Assembly: GCA_963847625.1 (NCBI GenBank)
Contig: CAWKAR010000056.1
Location: 1-27,716, forward strand
Length of the DNA stretch: 27,716 bases
Origin: a candidate division FCPU426 bacterium
GTDB lineage: Bacteria > Oederibacteriota > Muellerivitia > Muellerivitales > Muellerivitaceae
Direction of reading: 5' to 3'
Part shown: positions 18,568 to 27,716 of the stretch, piece by piece
How positions within the stretch are numbered: position 1 is the first letter of the stretch
Layout: every line of letters begins with the position of its first letter
Position numbers and translations under genes: made by a program
The notes under the pieces: model-generated
Seen by the model: the letters and a program-made list of their open reading frames with translations, nothing else
The model's database searches: none
Told to the model about the DNA's origin: nothing

Positions 18568-20353
18568 CTTCGTCCCCCATCCCGTTTACCCGGTCTTTTT
18601 TCGGGTTCTTGTTTGAGCTTTCCTGGTCTTGCATCAGTTCCGGCAAGGAGCTTTCGTTCTTCTTTTCCCTGGAATGGGAATAAGTCAGGGAATAACGAGG
18701 ATTAAAATCTTCCGGGGCTTTCTCGGCAGGTTGAAGTCGGGTTTTGAAGATATTAATCCCGGCCTCCCCGACGATTTTGACGATGGCTTCGCCAACCCTT
18801 AGTTCCTTGATAAGGTTGGGATGGAAACGAAATTTCTCGACCTGGGGCTTGGAATAGCCCGACATGAGGCCGTCCGCCCCAAAGCTTTCCACCTTATAGT
18901 CCGTGTCCCGCTCAGTCCCGAATTGCCGGGCAAAAGCCTCCGCCGTGTCCGGGTCGTTCACCCGCAGGATGATCTTGTTGCTGGCGGTGTTCATGACCTG
19001 TTCCAGGAACTCCATTGAAACGCCTTTCAAGTCCCCGAGGGATTGGTGGGCCAGGAAGAGGTTCACCCTGGCTTCCCGGCACTTGTTGATGAAGTCGATG
19101 AACTTCGGGTAAGCCAGGTTGTAGAACTCATCCAGGAAGACCCGGAAAGGCTTTTTGGGAATGTTCTGGTAACGGTCGGCCAATTTCTCAGCCAAGTCCA
19201 TCATGGCGAGTATGCAAAGAGGCTTGGCGTCCTCCGGGTAACGGGCTGAATCGGGGGAGAAAAGGAAGATATCCCCCTGGCTCACCACGTAGTCCATGCG
19301 GATATCAGGCTTGCGGACGTTGAGGAGATGGGACCATTCGCTGTTGCAAAACCTTTGAAGCTTGTTGATAAGGCCCGATAGTTCCGCCCGGCGATCCTTA
19401 GGGGACTTGCTCAACCATTGGTCCCGGAAATATTGGGAGTAATGGGTGTCGGGGTATTTCGCGCAAAACCAAGTGATGGTCCTAAAGGTGTCTACTTCCT
19501 GGGTGGCGGTTAGCAAATCCGTAAAGGTCAGGGTTTTGATGCCCCTTTTGAACAAACCAATGAGATTGTGAAGAAAGGCATCGGCCAGATCCACGTAGTA
19601 ACGTTCGGAGTTACGGGTGTCATAGTAGAGGGCGGTGAAGAGCCTGTTGGCGATTGCGTCTGGGTTGTCTCCATAAAGGGGGTTGTAAGTATGAGAGTTT
19701 TGGTAATTGGCTAGTGTGAAGTGTTGAATGGTACGCTTCGCTTGTGAAGCGTAGTAAGCCACGTCCTGGAACATGTTGCTTTTCACGTCGAGGATGAAAC
19801 ATCCCAAATCCTGCCTGATGGTTTGTTGGATGAAAGGCTTGATGACGTAATGGGTCTTGCCGGTTCCGGTTCCTCCTACGATCTGCACGTTCTCATGCAG
19901 TGAGGAAGTGGGAAAACCCTTTTTCCCCTTGTGGTCAAGTACCAAAGGATAGTCCCCGTTATCCTGTTTCGTCTGTTCGGGGGCTTTCCAGTAGAGGCCG
20001 TACATTGCCCCGCCTGTCATCAAGGCGAACATGATTAAAAAAGGCCAACCATAAACTTGGGTGGCAGGGTCTAAGAAAGAGATTGCGGCTGAACCGCAAA
20101 TGGCGAGTTTCGTAGGGAAGTAAATGTTCTCATTGTTCCGGTTATAAAAAAGGATGGCGTAGGGAATGAAGAAAAGCAAAATCCACAGGCCCAAGTAGTG
20201 TTGGTTCTCAAAATCCAAATCGGGCCTAAAACTACTGGATATGTCTTGAAGCCAAAGGAATGGATGCACGAAATTGAGGAGTAAGAAAAAGAAGGGGGGA
20301 GAAACCAGCAAAAGGATAATTTGATTCTGAGTGTTCTTTACTTCGTTCGACAT
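18557..20353 (-). CDS. Type IV coupling protein (VirD4/TraD/TrwB-like ATPase)
   Basis: 598 aa with 3-4 N-terminal TM helices, Walker A GGTGTGKT, FILDVK, YNPL, Walker B FLDEF, REARVNLFLAHQSLGDL, DPDTAEAFARQFG and PNLIKELRVGEA. Confidence 0.92.
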   Translation of the reverse strand: MSNEVKNTQNQIILLLVSPPFFFLLLNFVHPFLWLQDISSSFRPDLDFENQHYLGLWILLFFIPYAILFYNRNNENIYFPTKLAICGSAAISFLDPATQVYGWPFLIMFALMTGGAMYGLYWKAPEQTKQDNGDYPLVLDHKGKKGFPTSSLHENVQIVGGTGTGKTHYVIKPFIQQTIRQDLGCFILDVKSNMFQDVAYYASQAKRTIQHFTLANYQNSHTYNPLYGDNPDAIANRLFTALYYDTRNSERYYVDLADAFLHNLIGLFKRGIKTLTFTDLLTATQEVDTFRTITWFCAKYPDTHYSQYFRDQWLSKSPKDRRAELSGLINKLQRFCNSEWSHLLNVRKPDIRMDYVVSQGDIFLFSPDSARYPEDAKPLCILAMMDLAEKLADRYQNIPKKPFRVFLDEFYNLAYPKFIDFINKCREARVNLFLAHQSLGDLKGVSMEFLEQVMNTASNKIILRVNDPDTAEAFARQFGTERDTDYKVESFGADGLMSGYSKPQVEKFRFHPNLIKELRVGEAIVKIVGEAGINIFKTRLQPAEKAPEDFNPRYSLTYSHSREKKNESSLPELMQDQESSNKNPKKDRVNGMGDEDAA

Positions 20354-20413
20354 ACCGCGCCTGGCTTTCCGGAAACCGTCTCCGATTTATAAGCCTGGCG
20401 GGTCACCGCCAAG

Positions 20414-20656
20414 CTATTCTTTGGCTGGTTCCCTTTTTGGATCAGATACCCGTCTTTTCCCCGGAGGGAAAAAATAGGCTCTAAGAGCAGTTCTCAAAAC
20501 GTCCGCCCTTTTAATCTTCGGCTTTTTCTCCTTCTCTGCTTTCGTCTTTTCGTTTATGGCTTCCAATAAATCAGGGGTAACGTGGAGCATGAGTCTTACT
20601 CCACCTTCACCTTCAAGCATTGGACGCCCACGACCTTGTTTCTTTTTCATAGACAT
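20414..20656 (-). CDS. Ribbon-helix-helix (CopG/MobC-like) DNA-binding protein
   Basis: ATG at 20656 follows AAGGAGG. The product has GRGRP, a beta strand VRLMLHV, helix PDLLEAINE and helix RADVLRTALRAYF. Confidence 0.75.
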   Translation of the reverse strand: MSMKKKQGRGRPMLEGEGGVRLMLHVTPDLLEAINEKTKAEKEKKPKIKRADVLRTALRAYFFPPGKRRVSDPKREPAKE

Positions 20657-20706
20657 ATCTATATTCCTCCTTGAAAAATCCGTCAATTTTAATCAACAGA
20701 ATAATG

Positions 20707-20785
20707 TGTGCCGTTTATTCTAGGGGACAATATTTAGTTTTTGGGATTTAGTGTGTTTAAAAAAGGGGCCTTAATAACCGGCACA
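20707..20785. promoter_or_regulatory. Inverted 13-bp sites upstream of the RHH-mob operon (candidate operator)
   Basis: tgtgccgtttatt (20707-19) and aataaccggcaca (20773-85) are 12/13 complementary and 53 nt apart, in an AT-rich intergenic region. Confidence 0.45.
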
Positions 20786-20846
20786 TTTTAAAATATTTTT
20801 TTTACAGGTTTTGGTTAAATTCCAAAAAAACTAATTTTTTAGGTGT

Positions 20847-23522
20847 TCATAGATTGTATTTTGCCCGTTTTAATTCGTAGGGTATTTCCCCGCCTTCAAG
20901 ATACTCTACAACTCCGTCACGAATTTCCTTCTTGTTCAATGAACCTGAATAAACGATGGTGGCGGAATTAGCATCTGCAGTCAAAACTGTAAACTTATCA
21001 GTATCAGAAGCAACAGCAACAGATGAATTATGAGTTGTAAATATAAATTGCCGAAGAGCTTTTGCATCCCGCAATTTCGTACATACATCATCCCAAATTG
21101 TTCTTAGGTCTAATGAGTCTTCTGGCTGATCAATTACGATTGGGAAAGTCCCGTCGCTAAGAGCAATAATTAATAATGCCACGGCTTTTTGACCCACCGA
21201 TAATTCATTTAAGGGTTTGTAGGTATCATGAACTTTATATTGAATTTCAGGAATATCCTCGGCAATCGAAGTATAGGCGAAGCTTAAAATTTGTTCATAA
21301 GTAAGCTCGTCAAGTAAATGGTCAGCCAACCGAGCCATATTATCAACTTTCATCTCCGTCTTATTTGCTATCTCAGTCAAATCATCTTTCTTGTTTCGCC
21401 CGTGAAATTCATAATTGATCAATGCACCAACGAAGTCGTTTGGTTTTAATTTAGAGGATATAAGTTCAATGTCACCTTCGCGCAACCAACTTCCAGTTTT
21501 GACTTGCATTAGGTTTCGCTTGAACATACTGGTATCGCCTTGTTCTTTAAGGGTAACTAATAGTTTCTCATTGGAAGTGGAAGAAAAATAATCGCATCGG
21601 GCTTTCCTGGCATCGGAAAAGCGTTTAAGAATTTCATCAAGATTTTCGACAAGTTTTTTTCGACTTTCAGCTACGGCTTTTAGTTGAGAAGCTTTGGTTT
21701 TTAATAGGGACAATTCTTTTTGTAAACGAGTCTGTTCTTTTACAAGCGATTGACGCTTTTGATCCAATGCGGCTTGACTGCCTCCGCTTTCCTTTACAAC
21801 AATCTCGTATTGTTGTTTTATTGGCGTAAATTCTATTAGCCATTGAGCGTATTCATCTTCTAAGGGTTTCCGTTTAGTTTCAGTGCTCTTGATAAGGGCT
21901 TCGATGCCAGTTTGAGCATGTTCTTTTAAAACCTTAGAATTACTTGCGGCTCTTTTGACTTCCGGCTTATCCTCCACAACACTTTCAGTTAATTCCACCG
22001 CTTCCAAATTCGTTTTGGTATTGCGCAAATGCTCTAAAACAATATTTGTATCCGCGATATGGGCTTGGATCTGTTGGCCTATTATTTCCTTTTCTGAATA
22101 CTTTTGAAAAATTGGACTTGTTATCTGTCTATTAATTTTTTCAATTTGTTCGGAATAGGTAGAAATTTTTTCTTGGATAGCGACGCTTTGCAAGTGCGCC
22201 CTGAAGGCCTCTGCAAATCTTGCATCCGTTTCAGAAAGTGAAACGCTTAGTGTTTCTATTTCATTATGAAAATGGTGAAAATCAAAAAAGACATCAATAA
22301 ATTTTCTAAGCTGAGAACCCGTTTTATCTTCAACGATTTTTATAACTTCGTTCTGGCTTAAAATTAATACAGGAAAAACTTGTGAAAGCTTGAACTCTTT
22401 TTTAGTCCCGTCGCTCAGGTCGGCAATTTCGATTTGATTTCCTTTGCCAGGATTGAATTCTCTTTTTATTTTGTATTTTTTACCTGACTCATCAGTAATT
22501 TGAAACTCAACAAGCCCGTGCAATTTTAATTGTTTTTCCAATTTTCCCTGATGATCAGCGAGTATCTCTTCGACACCAGAGACTTGATCCAGACCAAATC
22601 TTAAGCACTCAATAGCAAGAGATTTTCCCGAACCTTTCGCGCCCAAAATGCTATTCAAACCAGAATGAAAACTAAATTGTTGGTCTTTCAGGAAACCGCT
22701 ATTCACTTTTATAGAATCAATAGTGGGGTACTTCTTTTCAACGTATTCAAAACTTTGCCGAATGCGAACATCTCGATCTATTAAACATTGTCGGATATCT
22801 TCGATAGTTGCTTTTTCATCTACCTTAAAATATGTAAAAGCAGTTCCAATATCTTTTATTGAATGGGCATCTGAGCCTTGAAAAACTCCGAGTTTTCTAT
22901 AATGAAAATTTGGGTCAGTCCCATCCAAAACATCAAAAACCCGATTGTGAGCCTGTTTTCTCTCTTCGTTCTTAAAATCCGATTCCTTGGCTTCAGCCCC
23001 CAAAAGACACCTAAATCTTTTTTCAAAAATATTTTTCCTGACTTCACCTTGAATATCCCCTGTAACACCTTTTGATGAGTGGCAATGCGCAAGCGCTAAA
23101 ATGGCGGTTGGATCATATTTATCTAGTTCTTCGGCAATCTCAGGAACTGTTTTCTTTCCTACTTCTATCACGTTTCCTTGGGCGTCAAACTTAACTCCAA
23201 TTCTCATCAAAAACTGATTAACCCATGTAGCATTTTTATCTACGTCGAATAGAGCTACAACATGAACACCGAATTTACCGCCAGCCGCTAAAATTTCGAC
23301 ACCTGGGAAAATTGACAAATTCTTTGATTGAGCTGCGGATTTAATTGCATCAATCCAGCCAGCGGAATGATGATCAGTAATTGCTACCCCCGCAAGACCC
23401 GCTTTTAGGGTGGCGGCCACAAATTCTTCCGGAGTAGCTTGTTTGTCGGTGTAATCTTCCCCAGATGCAGGGGTGTGAACATGAAGGTCGAATTTTTTAA
23501 AGATAAGCCCATGTAAATTCAT
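20847..23522 (-). CDS. PHP-family metallohydrolase fused to a coiled-coil ABC-type ATPase (Ppl/TrlF-like defence protein)
   Basis: 891 aa. PHP motifs are DLHVHTPAS, AITDHH, FPGVEI, VHVVALF, LAH and GSDAHS. ATPase motifs are Walker A GAKGSGKS, Q-loop LSQNE, a long coiled coil, signature LSVGQK, Walker B/D-loop IVIDQPEDSLD and H-loop FTTHN. The gene is AT-rich. Confidence 0.88.
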   Translation of the reverse strand: MNLHGLIFKKFDLHVHTPASGEDYTDKQATPEEFVAATLKAGLAGVAITDHHSAGWIDAIKSAAQSKNLSIFPGVEILAAGGKFGVHVVALFDVDKNATWVNQFLMRIGVKFDAQGNVIEVGKKTVPEIAEELDKYDPTAILALAHCHSSKGVTGDIQGEVRKNIFEKRFRCLLGAEAKESDFKNEERKQAHNRVFDVLDGTDPNFHYRKLGVFQGSDAHSIKDIGTAFTYFKVDEKATIEDIRQCLIDRDVRIRQSFEYVEKKYPTIDSIKVNSGFLKDQQFSFHSGLNSILGAKGSGKSLAIECLRFGLDQVSGVEEILADHQGKLEKQLKLHGLVEFQITDESGKKYKIKREFNPGKGNQIEIADLSDGTKKEFKLSQVFPVLILSQNEVIKIVEDKTGSQLRKFIDVFFDFHHFHNEIETLSVSLSETDARFAEAFRAHLQSVAIQEKISTYSEQIEKINRQITSPIFQKYSEKEIIGQQIQAHIADTNIVLEHLRNTKTNLEAVELTESVVEDKPEVKRAASNSKVLKEHAQTGIEALIKSTETKRKPLEDEYAQWLIEFTPIKQQYEIVVKESGGSQAALDQKRQSLVKEQTRLQKELSLLKTKASQLKAVAESRKKLVENLDEILKRFSDARKARCDYFSSTSNEKLLVTLKEQGDTSMFKRNLMQVKTGSWLREGDIELISSKLKPNDFVGALINYEFHGRNKKDDLTEIANKTEMKVDNMARLADHLLDELTYEQILSFAYTSIAEDIPEIQYKVHDTYKPLNELSVGQKAVALLIIALSDGTFPIVIDQPEDSLDLRTIWDDVCTKLRDAKALRQFIFTTHNSSVAVASDTDKFTVLTADANSATIVYSGSLNKKEIRDGVVEYLEGGEIPYELKRAKYNL

Positions 23523-23557
23523 GATTTCCTTTGTTCAATCACATCATCTTTGGGATA

Positions 23558-25816
23558 TTAAGAGACATTTATGGGAACTAGAGTCATAGTGTCGTTACCG
23601 AAAATATCAATGACTTTTACAGCTACGATATAATGACCTGGTTTGTTGTAAGTGTGGGTGGCGCTTTTCAGTTCCAGGTCGCGTTCTTTGCGTGTTCGAA
23701 AACTTTGCCACTCATTTTCAAAGATAAAGGAGCCTGTCCAACGCTCCTCAAAATCAAGGAATTCATCCCCCGCCACTACCACACCGGGCAGAGGATTTGA
23801 AACACCCATTTGTTTCGCCACTTTTATAATTTCTTTGCGACTTTCGTAGTCGAAATCAACGGCCCAATAGTCCACCCAATCTGTCCATTTTTTTGTAAGC
23901 ACTTCGCTTTTTACAACCCCCTTGGAATTTTTAATCACTTTAATAAGCTTGCCCTGGTCGCATATCACTTCGCTTTTGCCTTCCTTTAATTCGGCGGCAA
24001 GGGAATCGGCAAGTCCCTGGCTGTAATAGACGGAAAAATCAGTAAGCTCGATGGATAAAGTGAGTTTTTTCTTTTTGTCAAAACGAGGTGTGGCTTCAAT
24101 GTAGCTGACATCGTGAAAGCGCACTTGGCCTTTATCAACCGCGCGTTTGTCGAACACTTCGGGAGGGATCGTTTTGGGTGCAATATCAATACCTTTGGAT
24201 TTAGCTTCGTCTAAAACCGCCGGAAACAATCCCATTTCAAATTCAAACGCCAAAATATCAACCCTGGAGGCTCCGCGTTTACGGCTTTCAGTTATGACTT
24301 CTTCAACGAAAAGACGTCCAACGGGAAGATTAATGGGGCCAATCACTACCAAACGATTGCCGCTCTTGCCGTGAAAAAAGCCTTCATCTTCCAGAGCCTG
24401 TGCTTTATAGGCTTTCAGTATCAAATCCCGATAATCGCGTTCCTTACGGGCCAAAGCTTCGGCTTTTTTCTTGGCGCTAAGATTACCGCCTACGTTAAGG
24501 TAGGCTTGCCGTTCATACTTTCCTAAATTTAAAACCTCAAACGCTCGGAAAGGTTTTCCGTCGGCTTTAAGCTCACGTTGAACTTGGATTAGGCGTTTTC
24601 TTGTAGTGTGAATGCCAAATTTGCCAAGATCAGCAGCAATCCATTTTCGCCCCATCTTTTCTGCTACCGCCGCCGTTGTGCCCGAACCAGAAAAAAAATC
24701 TGCGACAAGGTCGCCTTGGTCACTACTTGCTTTAAGAATTCTTTCAAGAAGTGCCTCAGGTTTTTGAGTCGGATAATCCAATTGTTCGTGTTGACCCTTT
24801 GATAAATTCACTATATCTGTCCAAATCGAACCAATCGCAAAAGCCGCTTCGTCCAAATAATACTTTTTATACTCACGACCAGAAGAGGTTTTGTAGATCA
24901 AATTCAATTTCCTAAAATTTTCTATGGATGTCTCCGAATAATCGCCCAACGTTACTTTCTTAAATTTTCTTCCATCTGGATCTTCGTACATATATTCTCT
25001 TAATTGCGTATCTGTGAGCTCCTCTTTAAATACTGTTCTGTATTTTGTTTTATAAGATTTCTTAAAAACAATAATTGAATCACCTTCCCGAGACCATTGG
25101 CTTGCATTTTTTTTAGCACCTTTGGCTGCCGAATCACGTTGCCAGGTTATGGTATTCATAAAATAGTTCTTGCCAAATATTTCCTCCAAAACTACGCGAA
25201 TATATGAGTCCAACCTCCAATCACAATGAACATAAATACACCCATCTTCTGATAATAAATCTCTCATCAAAACCAGCCGTTCATAAATCATTGAAATAAA
25301 AGAATCGGCTCCGCGTCCCCAGGTATCACGATAAGCAATTTGTTCAAGAAGGTTCGGTTCTTTGTGAAAAATTTCATCGCCAATTTCAATATCCATTGAA
25401 AAATCTGCACCAACATCAAAAGGTGGGTCAATATAAATTAGTTTCAATCCACCTGCCTCTTCAATTTGTTGGCGCAAACCACCAGATTTTAATGATGAGA
25501 GAATTAGTTTGTTATCTCCCCATATGAGCTTGTTCGTCCATCCTTTGATTTGACGGCCACCAATGCCAAGAGAAAGTTCATCTTCTTCATGTTTTTCCTT
25601 CCGTGGTTCATCTATGTATTCAAGAGTTTGAAAAGGGAGAATGATGTTACAGACCTCACGGGATTTACCATTCCAAACAAGTTCGACTTCTTGTTTGTCT
25701 TCAAAAAGAAGGAATCGGTATTTTTCCGGCAAGGGCTTCCCCGTTTGGATTAAAGCTATCAAATCCCTTTTTTCGGCGTCAGAAAATTCATAAGTTTCAT
25801 TTTGGGGTCGTGCCAT
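23558..25816 (-). CDS. mod: Type III restriction-modification DNA methyltransferase (Mod, beta-class amino-MTase)
   Basis: 752 aa. Contains NKLIWGDN, motif IV LIYIDPPF, AYRDTW, IYVHCDWR, YPTQKPEALLERI and motif I DFFSGSGTT after the TRD (beta order). It starts 3 nt after the res stop. Confidence 0.9.
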   Translation of the reverse strand: MARPQNETYEFSDAEKRDLIALIQTGKPLPEKYRFLLFEDKQEVELVWNGKSREVCNIILPFQTLEYIDEPRKEKHEEDELSLGIGGRQIKGWTNKLIWGDNKLILSSLKSGGLRQQIEEAGGLKLIYIDPPFDVGADFSMDIEIGDEIFHKEPNLLEQIAYRDTWGRGADSFISMIYERLVLMRDLLSEDGCIYVHCDWRLDSYIRVVLEEIFGKNYFMNTITWQRDSAAKGAKKNASQWSREGDSIIVFKKSYKTKYRTVFKEELTDTQLREYMYEDPDGRKFKKVTLGDYSETSIENFRKLNLIYKTSSGREYKKYYLDEAAFAIGSIWTDIVNLSKGQHEQLDYPTQKPEALLERILKASSDQGDLVADFFSGSGTTAAVAEKMGRKWIAADLGKFGIHTTRKRLIQVQRELKADGKPFRAFEVLNLGKYERQAYLNVGGNLSAKKKAEALARKERDYRDLILKAYKAQALEDEGFFHGKSGNRLVVIGPINLPVGRLFVEEVITESRKRGASRVDILAFEFEMGLFPAVLDEAKSKGIDIAPKTIPPEVFDKRAVDKGQVRFHDVSYIEATPRFDKKKKLTLSIELTDFSVYYSQGLADSLAAELKEGKSEVICDQGKLIKVIKNSKGVVKSEVLTKKWTDWVDYWAVDFDYESRKEIIKVAKQMGVSNPLPGVVVAGDEFLDFEERWTGSFIFENEWQSFRTRKERDLELKSATHTYNKPGHYIVAVKVIDIFGNDTMTLVPINVS

Positions 25817-25819
25817 ACG

Positions 25820-27716
25820 TTAAGACTCCTGAAATTCGTTGAAACTGGCAGCTAAAGCGGCAAAGTTTTTCGGGGTGTGTTTTTCAAAACCTTCCTGGTC
25901 AACGTAAACAAACCGATAAATCTGGCCGCCGTTTTCTTTGCTCGCGGCTGTTGCGTCTTTGCACCATTCCCTGAGCCGGGCCATTTTCTGTGGGAGGTCC
26001 ATTTCCTCCCGGCCTTTTGTCTCGACAATCCATATCGTTTTGTCCTTGGTTTTCACAATAAAATCCGGGGTGTAGGTAGACAAATCGCCATCGGCCTTGA
26101 CGTAATCCAATTTAAAGCCCACCGCAAGATAGTTTTTGGCGTGGGATACAACATCATCTGCTGTTGAATCCAGAAAAGCGGCAAATGTTAATTCAAACCC
26201 GCCCGCGTGGGCCTGGCCTACCACCCGGTTGAAAACGGACTTTTTAGCCGCCAGGAACGGGCTGGGGTCCATACGAAAAGGCCGTGTATCTTTAAGACGG
26301 ATATAGTCCTCAATCCTAGCCGAGCCTTTATCCTGCACGGTCAAAGCGTTGATGGCGACCTTAAAACTATCGTAAAGAATCTTCCCGGCTTCGGGTTCGG
26401 AAAGATTCCGCAAGACGACCGGGTCTTCCAAATTAACTGGAGAACCTTCAAATAAATAATCACGGATAAAGGTTTTCACCTTTCCAAAAAGAATGTCATA
26501 ACCGCCCACCAGCCGCAGATCTTTCAACAACTGGCCCGCAAAAAAACCCACGACCGAGCGATAATCCGCAACCCCCGTGCCATCCAATAAAATTGTATGG
26601 TGGACTTCCGTTTCCAACATGGTCTTAAACACGATTTCCCGGACTTCCTCAGCGGAGAATGGTTTTAAAGGAAGTTTCTTATTTCCTAATTTAGCGGGAT
26701 TAAGCAAATCCAACTCCTTATATTCCCGTTGGTAACGCCGGGTGAGCTTTGGAATAGAGATGTCGAGCGCGTCGAGGTTTTTTTGTGGGTTCTGTGTATC
26801 CACCTCCACAATGACTGATTCCAAATGGATGACATCCTTGCCCATAGGCACCAAAATAAAGCGTACTCCTTCATTCTGGATAGCCTCCACAAATTCCATA
26901 AAGGCGGGGGTTCCCATAACCGAAACCGTCTCTTGGGCATCAGTACCAAAATACATACGGCGAAGGCCGCGACCCAATGTTTGCTCCGGTAGGATATTGC
27001 TTTTGGCTTTATAAGGCCGTAAGCCAACGATGGTGGTCACGTTGCGGACATCCCAGCCTTCCTTGAGCATGAGAACCGAAACGATGGCTTTATAATTATG
27101 CGGTGAAGTCCAAGTATCAATATTGTTGGCTTGATCTCGAAGTTCTTTCAACTCATCCTTATCTTTGCCAGTTGGAGATTCAGAAATATCTCCGTTGTTC
27201 TTGGTATGAATGACCAAAACGGCCCCCTGAAGTTCGGGACAGATTTTTTCCAGGTAGGCTCCCACCTCGTCGCAATTTTTCGTGTCATCCACCATTACGA
27301 ATAAGATTGCCTTTTTACCCAGCTTCTCGTGTTCCTTGTAGCTTTTGCGCCATTCCTCGATTCCTAAACGAAGAAAGTCGTCGTATTTCTCGCTGAAAAT
27401 GGCGCTTGTTCGTTCGTGAAGTTTGGCGCGGCTTGGGGCGTCTGGAAGGATGGGATGCTTGACGACGTTTTGGTGGATGGCCTCCACGAGCGGATAATCC
27501 GACACCGTTTGAACGAAGATTGCGCCGTTTTCGTGACGGGGGGTAGCCGTGACGTCAATTTGAATGGAAAGCCGCCGGTCTTTTTGTAACATCCGGTGAT
27601 GAATGTCCTGAATAGATTTAAACCATGCCATGCGTTCATCGTGAATGTGGTGGGCTTCGTCGTTGAATACGGCCAATTCCTCTATCTCACGGACAAGCTC
27701 GCCCAAATCTGTGTGC
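25820..27716 (-). CDS. res: Type III restriction endonuclease subunit (Res; SF2 helicase plus PD-(D/E)XK nuclease), 5'-truncated by the window edge
   Basis: Contains DEAHH (motif II), TATP (III), MLKEGWDV (V), EQTLGRGLR (VI) and C-terminal YTPDFIVK...IVETKG. The frame is open to the window end. Confidence 0.92.
   Translation of the reverse strand, partial: HTDLGELVREIEELAVFNDEAHHIHDERMAWFKSIQDIHHRMLQKDRRLSIQIDVTATPRHENGAIFVQTVSDYPLVEAIHQNVVKHPILPDAPSRAKLHERTSAIFSEKYDDFLRLGIEEWRKSYKEHEKLGKKAILFVMVDDTKNCDEVGAYLEKICPELQGAVLVIHTKNNGDISESPTGKDKDELKELRDQANNIDTWTSPHNYKAIVSVLMLKEGWDVRNVTTIVGLRPYKAKSNILPEQTLGRGLRRMYFGTDAQETVSVMGTPAFMEFVEAIQNEGVRFILVPMGKDVIHLESVIVEVDTQNPQKNLDALDISIPKLTRRYQREYKELDLLNPAKLGNKKLPLKPFSAEEVREIVFKTMLETEVHHTILLDGTGVADYRSVVGFFAGQLLKDLRLVGGYDILFGKVKTFIRDYLFEGSPVNLEDPVVLRNLSEPEAGKILYDSFKVAINALTVQDKGSARIEDYIRLKDTRPFRMDPSPFLAAKKSVFNRVVGQAHAGGFELTFAAFLDSTADDVVSHAKNYLAVGFKLDYVKADGDLSTYTPDFIVKTKDKTIWIVETKGREEMDLPQKMARLREWCKDATAASKENGGQIYRFVYVDQEGFEKHTPKNFAALAASFNEFQES

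Larger units (their letters stand above)
15825..27716 (-). mobile_element. tRNA-integrated integrative mobilizable element/genomic island (other boundary outside the window)
   Basis: A tRNA 3' fragment lies adjacent to a tyrosine integrase, followed by Xis, relaxase-like, coupling-protein and RHH genes and then visibly AT-richer defence cargo. No phage structural or mating-pair-formation genes are in view. Confidence 0.88.

Noticed and set aside
24691..24698. T8 tract in mod as a phase-variation switch
   Set aside because: It is short and simply encodes the conserved D-F-F-S of motif I. The gene is in frame.
15938..27716. Prophage
   Set aside because: No terminase, capsid, tail or lysis genes. 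The coupling protein and relaxase point to an IME/ICE.

Overview
Bacterial chromosomal window with two parts. Left part (1-15824, host-like): a giant secreted protein on the minus strand that the ORF track misses (>1850 aa; DUF11-like Ig domains, an inserted lectin-like domain and a ~1260-aa Thr-X stalk), a GH127-like and a GH3 glycoside hydrolase, a GT-C-like membrane protein with a probable CTG start, a small cupin, gltA and a membrane-anchored FGE/SUMF1-domain protein. Right part (15825 to the window end): an integrated mobilizable element bounded by a 47-bp 3' fragment of a tRNA(CAT), i.e. an att site. Its core is one co-directional, mostly translationally coupled string: RHH regulator, VirD4-like coupling protein, Replic_Relax/MOB_C-like relaxase, a hairpin-dense origin-like region, Xis and a tyrosine integrase. 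That region has a pC194/pUB110-like nick motif at a hairpin apex. The low-GC cargo is an apparent three-gene defence operon: type III Res, type III Mod and a PHP-hydrolase/ABC-ATPase fusion (Ppl/TrlF-like). All assignments come from reading motifs by eye; no database searches were run.
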